This document shows, in pieces, positions 25,441 through 37,849 of a stretch of 61,006 nt of DNA. The translations under genes were made by a program, and so were the position numbers. The notes under the pieces were generated by a model. That model was not told the origin of the DNA, did not search any database, and saw only the letters and a list, made by a program, of their open reading frames with translations. Every line of letters begins with the position of its first letter. Within the stretch, counting starts at the first letter, position 1. The DNA is from Octopus bimaculoides (taxonomy: Eukaryota): positions 12,387,376-12,448,381 of the forward strand of contig NC_069004.1 in NCBI RefSeq assembly GCF_001194135.2. Reading direction: 5' to 3'.

Positions 25441-27485
25441 AGTTCATTTAATACCAACTCCACTTTAGAAAACCCAGACTTTGTATCTCTATAAGGAATT
25501 GAATATAAAAAATTATGGTCATAATTACTTCATTGGCCCTAAAGGTGTATTAGTAAACTCCCTCTACTCCAATACTCCCTGAAACTCTCAAGCCACCAGC
25601 ACCTATTGCCAGATTTTTGTGCCTGGGGATGCTTCAGAACATTCTGGGTAGCACTAATTTGTATTGCAGGAAGATTTTTGTAAACTGTATTCTCTAAATC
25701 TGAGGGTGCACCACTGAATAGAGAGGGTGGGCAGTGCCATCCAGTGCACCCCTTTAGCAGCAGGCACATGGTTGCTTTAGGAAAGTTTTTATTAGAAAGA
25801 AAATGTGTTGTTAAATAAAGAGAATTTGTGCTAATTTATGTTAATTAATTCAGTGTCATTAAAAGAAAGAGTTTCTACTATATCTAAAATGGATTGTTGC
25901 CTCTCAAAGAACAGTATTTTTATTTAACTGTATTTATAGCTCCTATATTTTATTTCCTTAATGATGCTTGTTCTTTATTTAAATTGCACTTTTATTTCTT
26001 CCTCTTTCTCATATTTCTAATATATTCAGAACATTAATGATAATATTGATGAATATAAAGAGTTTAAATGAGTTTTGCAAAGAACTATAACGATTTAAAG
26101 TGATCAGTTACCCAGCAACCCTTTGGTCCTAGTGGCGCCAGTTAGGAGGGACTTTACTGCAAAAAAATACCAAAGCTGACCTTAGTAAGATTTGAACCCA
26201 AAGCAAAGAGATTTATATTTCACTAGAGTTGGCCTCACTCTTTATGTTTTTCTAGTTTACTTTGCTTTTAATAAAATAAGTACGAGACCAATATTCTTGA
26301 GAAGAATACAATCCTCTCTAATCTTCTACAACTATTGTCTGCGAGGTGAGATACATAATCAATAATGATAGAATGCTATCAAATTTTGAAAGGTTAAGTC
26401 AGTTTTGACAAGCTATCTGTTCAGATGGAAGCAATCAAAGTGATTAAGCAGGAAAATCTGGCAGTCTGTTATAAAAATGAGGAATCCATCTTTAGAAAAT
26501 GTTTGTCTCTAAATAAATTCTTCCAGTAAGTCGATGGTAAATAGCAGTAGTAAGGAAATGTATGAGTATACAATTATGGAGAATACGTCTTGAAATAATG
26601 AATAAAGAAAATATATTCAGATATGTGTATAGAGTTGGCTTCGGGGTTAAAAACCTCCTCTAAAAACATGATTCCTATAGATTGCATTATTTTCTACGTA
26701 CATTCTAGCTATTCTAAAATTCTTGTGACATACATAAGTCTTAGTACCATTTTCAGTGAAAAATATTTATTATTCCAGTTGGTTTCTTTCTTTCTTCTCG
26801 CAAGACAATGTTTTTTGTTGTTGTTGTTTTTTTGTTTTTTTGGGGCTTTTTTTTGGTAGGTTGAGGTCCTCCATTTTCTTTACGATTGACCCTAGACCAT
26901 AATTATGTCACCTAATTTACTCTGGGGTTAATTCATTGGTTTGTTTTATCGTTGTGAATTTTCATACTTCGTGGTTAGAATATTCTTCATTCACAGTAGC
27001 ATCTTGCAGAGTCTGGTAAGAAATGCCATGCAACGTCTCTAAGTTTACATTGGTTGCGTGAGACAATAATGGAACTTGTGTGTGGTCATTCCATCTGCTA
27101 GAAATAGCAACCAAACCCCTCAAACCCCACCCTAACTACTATCTTGAGAGGGAAAGAGACACAGTGGATAATGTAGTCCTAGACATGCTTCTAAAAAGAC
27201 AGTGGTGGGCTGGATTGCCTTTGGTCATAGGTTTGTTCTCTCAACTGACCGAAAACTAAACAGCAGTGTTTATTATGTATTAAATTTGATTCTCATGCCA
27301 CTTACTGTTTTTGTTTTCGTTTTTTTTTTAAGATGCTATTGACTTCTTCAAATTCAAAATACAGTAATTCATCAGAAATATTCTCCAGAGATAGAATTTT
27401 TTTGTTGTATTTTGTTGTTTTTCTACTCACTATCCTTTTAGCACAGCATATCTCATCTTATATCATCCATAAAGTCCTATGCCAT

Positions 27486-27526
<41 letters not shown>

Positions 27527-27711
27527 GTCTTCAGTGTCACTCCCACTCTCAGCTGAAGAGGTTTTGTCTTGCAAGTTACTTGGTAGGAAGGATATCCAGC
27601 AGTAAAAACAATGCCAAAAACAGATGACTGGGTCCTGGTGTAGTCTTCTGGCTTGCCAGCTCCTGTTAAACTGTCCAACCCATGTTAGCATGAAAGATGG
27701 GCATTAAATGA

Positions 27712-27812
27712 TGAGGAGGAAGAAGAAGAGGAGGAGGAAGAAGAAGAAGAGGAGGAAGAAGAAGAAGAGGAGGAAGAAGAAGAAGAAGAGGAGGAAGAAG
27801 AAGAGGAGGAGG
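27712..27812. repeat. (GAA/GAG)n polypurine tract grown from an RTE-type tail
   Basis: Follows ttaaatgat directly. Confidence 0.9.
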
Positions 27813-29944
27813 ATATATGGCTGGATGCCCTTCTTAATGCCAACGCTTTAAGATATCAACATGAGAAGCTAAGAGAGTGATATCAGTGTTTATACCTGGT
27901 TAGTTAAACTGAATTGTTTTGCCAAATCTTGTAGAATCAATTAATAAAATCTGAACTGTCAAAATCTAAGATTAATAGTTTAGATATATTCTAAAAGAAA
28001 ACCTCTAAAGATGTCTACAACAGTTTTTAAGCTATAATACCAAGCTATTCCTGTATTATCACTTTGATAGCTAACATTTTCGTGAAGCTAAAAAAAAATT
28101 TATTGTCTTCAACTTTCTACTATTTCAATATTAATGTTGAATGTTGGATTAAAATTGTTATCATTAGTTATCTTTGCTTCTGAGTAGTTTGTTTCTTCTT
28201 TTCCATTCTCATTCACTGATCTGATATTTTTGATGCTTGAGAAGACCAATCTTTGCATGGAACATATGTCCACACAAGATTCACTTGATAGACTGTAGAA
28301 GCGGTTTGGGATTGGTAGATTCTTCATCCTTGTCGTTTGTCTGTTACATTCCTTTGACACTCTTGTTTAAACAGTTCTGCAGCTGTCACAATAGATTGAC
28401 ACTAGAGTTTACAATCTCCTGCTAGTTCTTCCCCGAGTCTTGGCTTAATGTTGATCTTCTTCATAGTTTTGAGTTGATTTTTTTCTAATGTCATAGATTG
28501 CAGCCACAGCATGTTTTGCTAGTACAAAGTTTACCATAAAGGATCTAACAAGGAAGCTTCATGTTACTGGGTAAAAATATGCAATAACATCAAGCATGTT
28601 TGCGGTTTCTTGAGATTTTATAACATCATCCACCTGAATCGCATTGTATGCAATAGCTGCTGCCATCACTCTTTCTTCTACTCCTTCTTCACTCCAGTCA
28701 CTCTGCTTCTACCATCACACTCTCTCTTCCTTTACCCACCCACCTTTGTCCTTCTGTAATCACTTTAACTCACTTTCTTGGCCACATATTTTTGAACAGA
28801 AGCAATGTAGAGTTGCGCACTCCTCAGTCATACAGGGCCCAATGTAACTTCATTAATGCAGGTACCATATTAAAATGCACTCACTACAAGAGAATGAGCA
28901 GAAACAATGCCTGGCTGAAGGACTCTTTACTGTTTTCCAACAACACAACAGAACCTCCCCCCCCCTCTCTCTAGCACCATGATTAATGTACCTAAGATAC
29001 TTTATAAAGGGGTTGATATCAGGAGGAGAAATTGTCAAACATGACTGATACAAGTGAGTCATATCTCTCTGACCCCTGTAGGAGACTGGAAACTCCAGAT
29101 AAGAACTAACTCTTACTGTGTTGACTTGTCCAACCTAAGCAGATGACGATCATTTAACAGTTCTTATCTGCCAATGTTTAATTACTGAACCAATATTTAA
29201 TTAATATTTAATTAGTATTCACATACAAGGTAATCAACTATTGCAATGATATCTTTTTCTTTCTGTTACTTCTTTGTATTTTTTTGCAGCATACTCATAT
29301 TTTTATTTTAAAATATTCTACTTCTTCCTTCAGAAAAAAGATAAGGTCTAGAATTATTACACCATTTCTTATTTATCAACATTTTACAAATGTTTACTTA
29401 TCTCTATTTCTTAGAGGTAAATAAGTAAACAAATAGAAAAAACAATAATTAATATAAGGGCACAATTAGAAATGTATGCTTCTAAGATGACTTTCAGTCA
29501 GATTTAGATGCATGCATGGATGGCTAAGTGGTTAAGAAGTTTGTTTCCCAACTACATGGTTTCAGGTTTGGTCCCACTGCACAGCACCTTTGGCAAGTGT
29601 TTTCTACTTCAGCCTAAGACCGACCGAAGTCTTGTGAGTATATTGGATTTTATTAGATGGAAACTGAAGTGTGTATGTTTATGTTTCCCTGCCTTGACGT
29701 CATGTGGGGTTGTTTGTAAATGAATGTCATTCATTTCCAATATTCTGCAAGACCTTGTTGGAAACATGTGAGGGTTGGTGGCAGAAGAAGCATCCAGCTG
29801 TAGAAAATCTGCCTCAACAAGCCCTGTCTGACCTATGCAAGCATGGTAAAATGGACATTAAAACAGTGGTAGTGGTGATGATGATCATCGTGTTTCCTCC
29901 CCGCCATCTCTCCCTCTTTGTCTTCCCGCTCTCTTATATTTAAC

Positions 29945-30198
29945 CTCTTGTTTCCCCCCATCCTCTTATGCCCCACCCTCCTATATTTCATCTGTACCCC
30001 TTGTTTCCCCATCCTCTTACATTTCATTTCTACCCCTTGTTTCCCCCAGTTNNNNNNNNNNNNNNNNNNNNNNNNNNNNNNNNNNNNNNNNNNNNNNNNN
30101 NNNNNNNNNNNNNNNNNNNNNNNNNNNNNNNNNNNNNNNNNNNNNNNNNNNNNNNNNNNNNNNNNNNNNNNNNNNTACTCCTTGTTTCCCCCAGTTCT
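29945..30198 (+). repeat. Pyrimidine-rich minisatellite collapsed into a gap
   Basis: Recurrent cttgtttcccc(c)a on both sides of the N run. Confidence 0.65.
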
Positions 30199-31081
30199 TG
30201 TATTCTTGACATAAGATGACCCCCAATTTAAAAACAGCTCTCTATATCTGTCTATGTTGGTTGGAACGGAACACCATTTCATCATCTCCTATTAAATGAC
30301 TTCACTGAACTTTTACAACTTTTGCCAAAATTCCCTGCAGCAACTTTTCTGATCATCAAAAGATTTGAATTCTTTTCCATTTTGGTTTTTCGCTGGCAGA
30401 CTTTCATCATGTTGAATAAGCTCTTCTCTCCAAATAAAATCAAATGTGTCTTTTTCTAAATTTTCCCCCCTCCCTTCTTAAATCACTATTCACTACAGTT
30501 GAATTTGCTGTGTCACTGCTGCCAGAACTAATTCATTCCCTCAAATATGAATTACTTTTTTTTTCTTTTTTCTCTATAATTCTGTTTAATAATATACAAG
30601 GAGATCCAAACTGGAATTATTCCCTTAACCAAATAATAAAGCAACCTAACTGACCAGTTATTACAGTAAATTTACATTGATATAACTAAAACTAAAGCTG
30701 AAAGAGTTTAGTCTCTCCAAATTCAGCTGCTGCCTAATCATAAAATATTCTCGGCATGAGACAAATGTGTAGAACATTAAATAGTTTTGCGAAAGAGGGA
30801 ATAAAACTGATTTAATTCTTCAGTTCCTTCTTCATAAATTGATGTTCTTAAACCATTATTTACCATATTGTCATATTTGGAAGTAATTGTATTCTTATGA
30901 GATTTTCTGTCCACAAAATATATTTGAATAACCCACCACTGAGTAAATGTTTAAATATGCAAGATGAGATTTTGTTAACAATAATATAATTTTCCAGACT
31001 TGTTGACTTCATATTTAATGTGTATATTTACAATATTTATATCTAAATCATTAACTTTATATTTGCAGTGTGCATATATAT

Positions 31082-31124
<43 letters not shown>

Positions 31125-31871
31125 TACAGGTATGACTGTGTGTTAAGAAGCTTGCTTCCCAGCCACATGGTTCTGGGTTCAGTCCCACTGCATGGCACCT
31201 TAGGCAAGTTTCTTCTAAAATTGCTTCAGGCCGACCAAAGCCTTGTGAGTGGATTTGGTTGACAGAAACTGCAAGAAGCCCGTCGTGTGTGTGTGTGTGT
31301 GTATACATGGTGGGCTTCTTTTAGTTGTGTCTACCATATTCACTTACAAGTCTTTGGCCAACCTGTGGCTGTAGTAGAAGACACTTGCCCAAGGTGTTGT
31401 GCAGCAGGACTGAACCCAAGATCACATGGTTGGGAAGCAGGTTTCTTAACCACACCTAACTGTGGCATAATCTGCCATGAAAGTCTCAATCATGGCTTCA
31501 GACAGTCACCCCACAGTTACTTTTCCCATGGGTCAGATGGCTTGGTTGCCAAGCAAAACTGACCACATAAACCGCATTAACATTTATTACCATGTAAAAC
31601 CCCAGGTCACTCAAATGGGATGATTTTTTTGTTTTTTTTTTAACCGAGCCACACAAGCAATATGTGCCACCATTTTCCATTCCTTCCAACACTTAGTGTC
31701 TGGAACCATTTCTTCTTACCATTCCTGCTGTTATTTCTATTTAATAAAAAAAAAAAGAAATTCTTCATTCATAGACTTGTTGTTGTGGTTACTTCTGTAT
31801 ATTTGATTATATCTTCTTGTACTGTCGTATTAACAGTACTGCAAAAGTATGTAGCCTCGGTTACATGCTTG

Positions 31872-31909
<38 letters not shown>

Positions 31910-31912
31910 CTC

Positions 31913-31944
<32 letters not shown>

Positions 31945-32263
31945 ATTTGATGACGTCAGGAAAGCTAAGACATTTCTGTTTCCGCTGGGTAAGCTCTATT
32001 GACAAACTGTGTAAATATATATATATATATATACACACAAGCTCAGATATGTGTGTGTATGTATATGTGTGTGTGTGAATGTATGTCTATATGTATCTAT
32101 GTATGTGTGTGTGAATGTATGCCTATATGTATGTATGTGTGTGTGTGTGTGTGAATGTATGTCTATATGTACGTATATGTGTGTGTGTGTATGAATGTAT
32201 GTCTGTATGTATGTATATGTATGTGTATATTTGTGTGTGTATATATTCACACANNNNNNNNNN

Positions 32264-32321
<58 letters not shown>

Positions 32322-32699
32322 TGTATGGATACATACATTGCGAATGTGTGTATGTATCTGTGTATACACACATACATATTTGCATGTATGTATACACATG
32401 TGTCATCATCACCATCACCATCACCGTTGTTTTAACATCCACTTTTGCATACTTTCTTTTGTCAGATGGAATTCTAACAGTGAAAGCAACGCCCCCCCCC
32501 CGCCCTACTTTTTTTCCCAATCAATATAATGCTTCCCTATGGCCATACATGTTTTTACAGAAGAATTGGGGAGGAATGACACAGCTTGTATATGAGAGTA
32601 GCGGCACTCAATTACAGATATCACGCACTCAACTCCTCTCACACATGCACACAATGGACTTCCATAGAGTTTCTATCTTTCAGTTTCTCACGTGTCTTG

Positions 32700-32872
32700 C
32701 CCCAGCTGCAGCAAATCGACCACACATCATTCATACCAGCACCTTGATATTGTAGTCCTAGATATACTATGCCTGAATCAAAGCGGCTATGGTCCGGTCA
32801 TGACTGTAATGGCTTTGATCATAGATCTGCTGGATCAAGGCTGACCCAGGGTTAAACAACAACAACAACAAC
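32700..32872 (+). repeat. Dispersed repeat family E with (AAC)n tail
   Basis: Shares atgtagtcctaga...gatcataggtctg...aaacaacaac with about 27085-27262, 41945-42110, 55345-55520 and 36775-36855(-). Confidence 0.6.
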
Positions 32873-33152
32873 TACCTATGCAGTTGAGTTGTCATGGTTA
32901 CTACACCAGAAATATAAGAGCATTTTTCTATATATAATAAATATATAAATATATATATATATGTGTGTGTGTATGTGTGTATTTACTCTTTTACTTGTTT
33001 CAGTCTTTTGACTGCGGCCATGCTGGAGCACTGCCTTGTAGTCGAGCAAATCAACCCAAAGGACTTATTCTTTGTAAGCCTAGTACTTATTCTATCTGTC
33101 TGTCTTGCCGAACCACTAAGTGACGGGGACGTAAACACACCAGCATCGGTGG

Positions 33153-33828
33153 TCAAGTGATTTTGAGATCAGCCTTCAGTACTTCATCCCATGTCTTCCT
33201 AGGTCTCCCTCTTTCACAAGTTTCATCCACTTTAAATGATTGGCACTTCTTCATATAACTATCCTCATCCATAGTAGTAGTAGTAGTTGGCACTCCGTCA
33301 CTTACGACGTCGAGGGTTCCAGTTGATCTGACCAACGGAACAGCCTGCTCGTAAAATTAACGTGCAAGTGGCTGAGCACTCCACAGACACGTGTACCCTT
33401 AACGTAGTTCTCAGGGATAGTCAGCGTGACACAGTGTGACAAGGCTGACCCTTTGAATTACAGGCACAACAGAAGCAGGAAGTAAGAATGAGAGAAAGTT
33501 GTGGTGAAAGGGTACAGCAGGGTTCGCCACCAACCCCTGCCGGAGCCTCGTGGAGCTTTAGGTGTTTACGCTCAATAAACACTCACAACGCCCGGTCTGG
33601 AAATCGAAACCGCGATCCTATGACCGCGAGTCCGCTGCTCTAACTACTGGGCCATTGCGCCTCCACATCCTCACCCATACACACTACATGACCAAACAGC
33701 ACAATCTTCACTCTTATGCCCAACTTTTCTTTCAATATATTTGCGCTCTGCTGCACATGTACTCTGACATTGCACATCCAGCAGAGCATGCCAGCTTTGT
33801 TCCTCTCTAGTCTTTACATGTTTTCTGC
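33153..33828 (-). mobile_element. Older RTE LINE ORF-end fragment, split by a SINE at 33274-33666
   Basis: Reads RLERNKAGMLCWMCNVRVHVQQSANILKEKLGIR..FGHVVCMGED, then the SINE, then MDEDSYMKKCQSFKVDETCERGRPRKTWDEVLKADLK. Confidence 0.8.
33274..33666 (-). mobile_element. Family C SINE with 13-bp TSD, inserted in an RTE fragment
   Basis: TSD atcctca(t/c)ccata at 33261-33273 and 33667-33679. Confidence 0.9.
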
Positions 33829-35187
33829 ATCAAAATCCTAATAAGTAGGAAGGTAGATAAAACACAAACCCCTTCAGGTAGATGGCCCTGCTCAGTATGT
33901 AGAAAAGGAGTAGGTAGTAACTCTATAAGATGTACCCGGTGCAAGCTATGGACACATAAGAGGTGCAGCAACATCAAAGGCAGGTTAACTAGCAAGTTAG
34001 TTTTTGTTTGTGGCAGATGTTCAGGTGCAATAAAGACTGTAAACAAACAGGAAACAACTTCTATCTCATTCCAGGGTGAAAAACTAGAGGTAGTCGATAG
34101 CTTCCGCTATCTGGGCGACCAAGTTAGTAGTGGGGGTGGGTGCGCTGAAAGTGTAGCTGCTAGAATAAGAATAGCCTGGGCAAAGTTTAGAGAGCTCTTA
34201 CNNNNNNNNNNNNNNNNNNNNNNNNNNNNNNNNNNNNNNNNNNNNNNNNNNNNNNNNNNNNNNNNNNNNNNNNNNNNNNNNNNNNNNNNNNNNNNNNNNN
34301 NNNNNNNNNNNNNNNNNNNNNNNNNNNNNNNNNNNNNNNNNNNNNNNNNNNNNNNNNNNNNNNNNNNNNNNNNNNNNNNNNNNNNNNNNNNNNNNNNNNN
34401 NNNNNNNNNNNNNNNNNNNNNNNNNNNNNNNNNNNNNNNNNNNNNNNNNNNNNNNNNNNNNNNNNNNNNNNNNNNNNNNNNNNNNNNNNNNNNNNNNNNN
34501 NNNNNNNNNNNNNNNNNNNNNNNNNNNNNNNNNNNNNNNNNNNNNNNNNNNNNNNNNNNNNNNNNNNNNNNNNNNNNNNNNNNNNNNNNNNNNNNNNNNN
34601 NNNNNNNNNNNNNNNNNNNNNNNNNNNNNNNNNNNNNNNNNNNNNNNNNNNNNNNNNNNNNNNNNNNNNNNNNNNNNNNNNNNNNNNNNNNNNNNNNNNN
34701 NNNNNNNNNNNNNNNNNNNNNNNNNNNNNNNNNNNNNNNNNNNNNNNNNNNNNNNNNNNNNNNNNNNNNNNNNNNNNNNNNNNNNNNNNNNNNNNNNNNN
34801 NNNNNNNNNNNNNNNNNNNNNNNNNNNNNNNNNNNNNNNNNNNNNNNNNNNNNNNNNNNNNNNNNNNNNNNNNNNNNNNNNNNNNNNNNNNNNNNNNNNN
34901 NNNNNNNNNNNNNNNNNNNNNNNNNNNNNNNNNNNNNNNNNNNNNNNNNNNNNNNNNNNNNNNNNNNNNNNNNNNNNNNCATAAAAGACACCATTTCGAG
35001 CGTGGCCGTTTTCGTGCGGGTGACATGTAAAAGCACCCACTACACTCTCTGAGTGGTTGGCGTTAGGAAGGGCATCCAGCTGTAGAAACTCTGCCAAATC
35101 AGACTGGAGCCTGGTGTTGCCATCCGGTTTCACCAGTCCTCAGTCAAATCGTCCAACCCATGCTAGCATGGAAAGCGGACGTTAAAC

Positions 35188-35217
<30 letters not shown>
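33829..35217 (+). mobile_element. Young 5'-truncated RTE-clade LINE (RT C-terminus with PHD-like finger; 3' UTR ending in (GAT)n), interior in N gap
   Basis: 33829-34201 is stop-free: IKILISRKVDKTQTPSGRWPCSVCRKGVGSNSIRCTRCKLWTHKRCSNIKGRLTSKLVFVCGRCSGAIKTVNKQETTSISFQGEKLEVVDSFRYLGDQVSSGGGCAESVAARIRIAWAKFRELL. After the gap, the 3' UTR ends aacccatgctagcatggaaagcggacgttaaac(gat)n. Confidence 0.85.
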
Positions 35218-35219
<2 letters not shown>

Positions 35220-35482
35220 GCTAATTCTCGTTTAGCTCCACCTCCTTTTCTCATTTGTCACTGAAGATGAGCACAAATAGCTTGAAACCATATGGTCTGG
35301 TGGTTCTATCATCTGCTAGAAGATGGTAGGGGTTCACTCCTCTGCTTTCATTATATATATCGAGTGCAGATTGCATCAGTAACCAGCTGGAGGAGGCTCC
35401 TCCTAGGGTTAAAAATGCTAGTAATGTCAGTTCCTGTGGAACAGCCATATTGATGTGGCAATAAACATTATTCCTCACTATA

Positions 35483-36268
35483 GGCGCAGGAGTGGCTGTG
35501 TGGTAAGTAGTTTGCTTACCAACCACATGGTCCTGGGTTCAGTCCCACTGCGTGGCACCTTGGGCAAGTGTCTTCTTCTATAGCCTCAGGCCGACCAAAG
35601 CCTTTTGAGTGGATCTGGTAGACGGAAACTGAAAGAAGCCCGTTGTATATGCGTATATATATGTATGTTTGTGTGTCTGTGTTTGTCCCCCCAGCATCGC
35701 TTGACAACCGATGGTGGTGTGTTTACATCCCCGTAACTTAGCGGTTTGGCAAAAGAGACCAATAGAATAAGTACTAGGCTTACAAAGAATAAGTCCTGGG
35801 GTCGATTTGCTCGACTAAAGGTGGTGCTCCAGCATGGCCGCAGTCAAATAACTGAAACAAATAAAAGNNNNNNNNNNGGCGCAGGAGTGGCTGTGTGGTA
35901 AGTAGTTTGCTTACCAACCACATGGTCCTGGGTTCAGTCCCACTGCGTGGCACCTTGGGCAAGTGTCTTCTTCTATAGCCTCAGGCCGACCAAAGCCTTT
36001 TGAGTGGATCTGGTAGACGGAAACTGAAAGAAGCCCGTTGTATATGCGTATATATATGTATGTTTGTGTGTCTGTGTTTGTCCCCCCAGCATCGCTTGAC
36101 AACCGATGGTGGTGTGTTTACATCCCCGTAACTTAGCGGTTTGGCAAAAGAGACCAATAGAATAAGTACTAGGCTTACAAAGAATAAGTCCTGGGGTCGA
36201 TTTGCTCGACTAAAGGTGGTGCTCCAGCATGGCCGCAGTCAAATAACTGAAACAAATAAAAGAGTATA
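35483..36268 (+). mobile_element. Family A tRNA-derived SINE, present twice around a 10-N gap
   Basis: Head ggcgcaggagtggctgtgtggtaag...gggttcagtccc, CORE-like ggcaccttgggcaagtgtc, internal (TA/TG)n, tail gactgaaacaa(g/a)taaaagag. Confidence 0.9.
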
Positions 36269-36316
36269 GTTATGACTTGCATCACTTAGAGATTTTCTAG
36301 CTACTTCGCTCGTTAA

Positions 36317-36460
36317 ATATATTTGTTAATTCTCATTTAGCTCTCCTCCTTTTCACATTAATTAATATATTTGTTAATTCTCATTTAGCTCCTCCTCCTT
36401 TTCACATTAAATATATCTGTTACTTATAATTTAGACTCCTCCTTTCACTCTCATTAATTA
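36317..36460 (+). repeat. About 48-bp tandem repeat, three units
   Basis: atatatttgttaattctcatttagctc..ctccttttcacattaa at 36317 and 36365, with a diverged third unit at 36411. Confidence 0.85.
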
Positions 36461-37234
36461 ATTACATCTATGCTATTTCTCATTTTCTAAAATAATCTTT
36501 CAGGATTTGCTGAGATATGTCTTTTACAGTTCCATCCTAAAGGACTTCCAGAAATATATTTTTATTTTTACACATAAATTCTTTACTTTTATCAAATTTG
36601 ATTTCTAATTACATATTTATACCAAATTATTAATTATACATATTTGTAATCAATAATTAAATATCTAAGCTTAAACTTGTTATCATTCGCTCATTAAAAT
36701 AAAAATTGGAAGTAAGTTTGATAAATATTCTATTTTAGTTGTACAGGTGGTGGTGGCAGTGGTGGCAGCAGCTGGGGTTGTTGTTGTTGTTGTGGGGGTG
36801 GTTATTTAGCCCCAGGTCAGCTCATTTTCAGTAGACTTATGATCAACAGCTGTACCATCTTTATTTGAATTTAAGATGGTCTTCCCAGCTTCAGCTCAGA
36901 CATAGTATAACAAAGACTACATTATCAATATGCCCTTTTTTTTTTCTATTTTATTTTAAACGTAATCTGTCATTGAGTTTAACACCATCATCACCTGGCC
37001 CTCAGGTTTCTTTAATCAACTACATTCTTAAGCAAGTATTTCAGTCGGGTGCTTGATCTGAAGAAAACGTCTTGTCTTCCTTCCACCAAAGATGGAGGCA
37101 AGGAAACACCATGGACTCTGCCATTTTTCACTGAACAAAGTCATTAAAAAAAAGCGAAAAAATACATTCACAGCAGAAAGCCAGAGCATCATACATAAAA
37201 TTATGAGTTCTTTACAGCACACATGTATGCATAC

Positions 37235-37537
37235 GTTGTTGTTGGCACTTCGTCGCTTACGACGTCGAGGGTTCCAATTGATCCGATCAATGGAACATCC
37301 TGCTCTTGAAATTAACGTGCAAGTGGCTGAGCACTCCACAGACACGTATACCCTTAACGTAGTTCTCGGAGATNNNNNNNNNNTACAGCAGGGTTCGCCA
37401 CCATCCCCTGCTGGAGCCTCGTGGAGCTTTAGGTGTTTTTGCTCAATAAACACTCACAACACCCGGTCTGGGAATCGAAACCGCGATCCTATGACCGCGA
37501 GTCCGCTGCCTTAACCACTGGGTCATTGCTCCTCCAC
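37235..37537 (-). mobile_element. Family C SINE with 11-bp TSD (10-N gap inside)
   Basis: Reverse complement of 56842-57222. TSD tgtatgcatac at 37224-37234 and 37538-37548. Confidence 0.9.
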
Positions 37538-37673
37538 TGTATGCATACACACACACACAATCATAAAATCAACTTTTGATTACTTGAAATTTTATTAAAT
37601 TTAAAAGTATGAATAAATTAATGCTAAATTAAGAGTTTTAATAAGTATTCTACTCCAACTTGGTTAATTTCAG

Positions 37674-37849
37674 GAGGACGAGATGACAAAACGCAGTCAA
37701 GAAGTGATGCAAGTATCTAGAGTTGAAGCAGAAGTAAAACAGTTGAAAAAGGAGAACCATGAGTTACGTCAGTATATCTTGGCTCTGCAGAGTGAGGTCT
37801 ATGGCGCTAGGTTGGCGGCAAAATATTTGGATAAAGAACTCGCTGGAAG
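37674..37849 (+). CDS. GOPC: GOPC internal coding exon (second coiled coil), 176 nt, phase 0 to phase 2
   Basis: Acceptor ttaatttcag|, donor AG|gtaaac. Translates [58 protein letters not shown](R). This matches vertebrate GOPC as I recall it ([42 protein letters not shown]). Absent from the ORF track. Confidence 0.93.

Noticed and set aside
26281-26345. ILEKNTILSNLLQLLSA followed by gtgaga, as a possible upstream GOPC exon
   Set aside because: Poor acceptor, ends in phase 2 where phase 0 is needed, and similarity is weak.
27010-27015. Plus-strand 6-nt in-frame microexon candidate tcttgcag|AGTCTG|gtaaga for GOPC
   Set aside because: Such patterns are expected by chance in 37 kb, the pyrimidine tract is weak and there is no homology support.
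28109-28680. Coding-like minus-strand stretch
   Set aside because: Multiple stops and no recognisable motif. Possibly old transposon debris, but unsupported.
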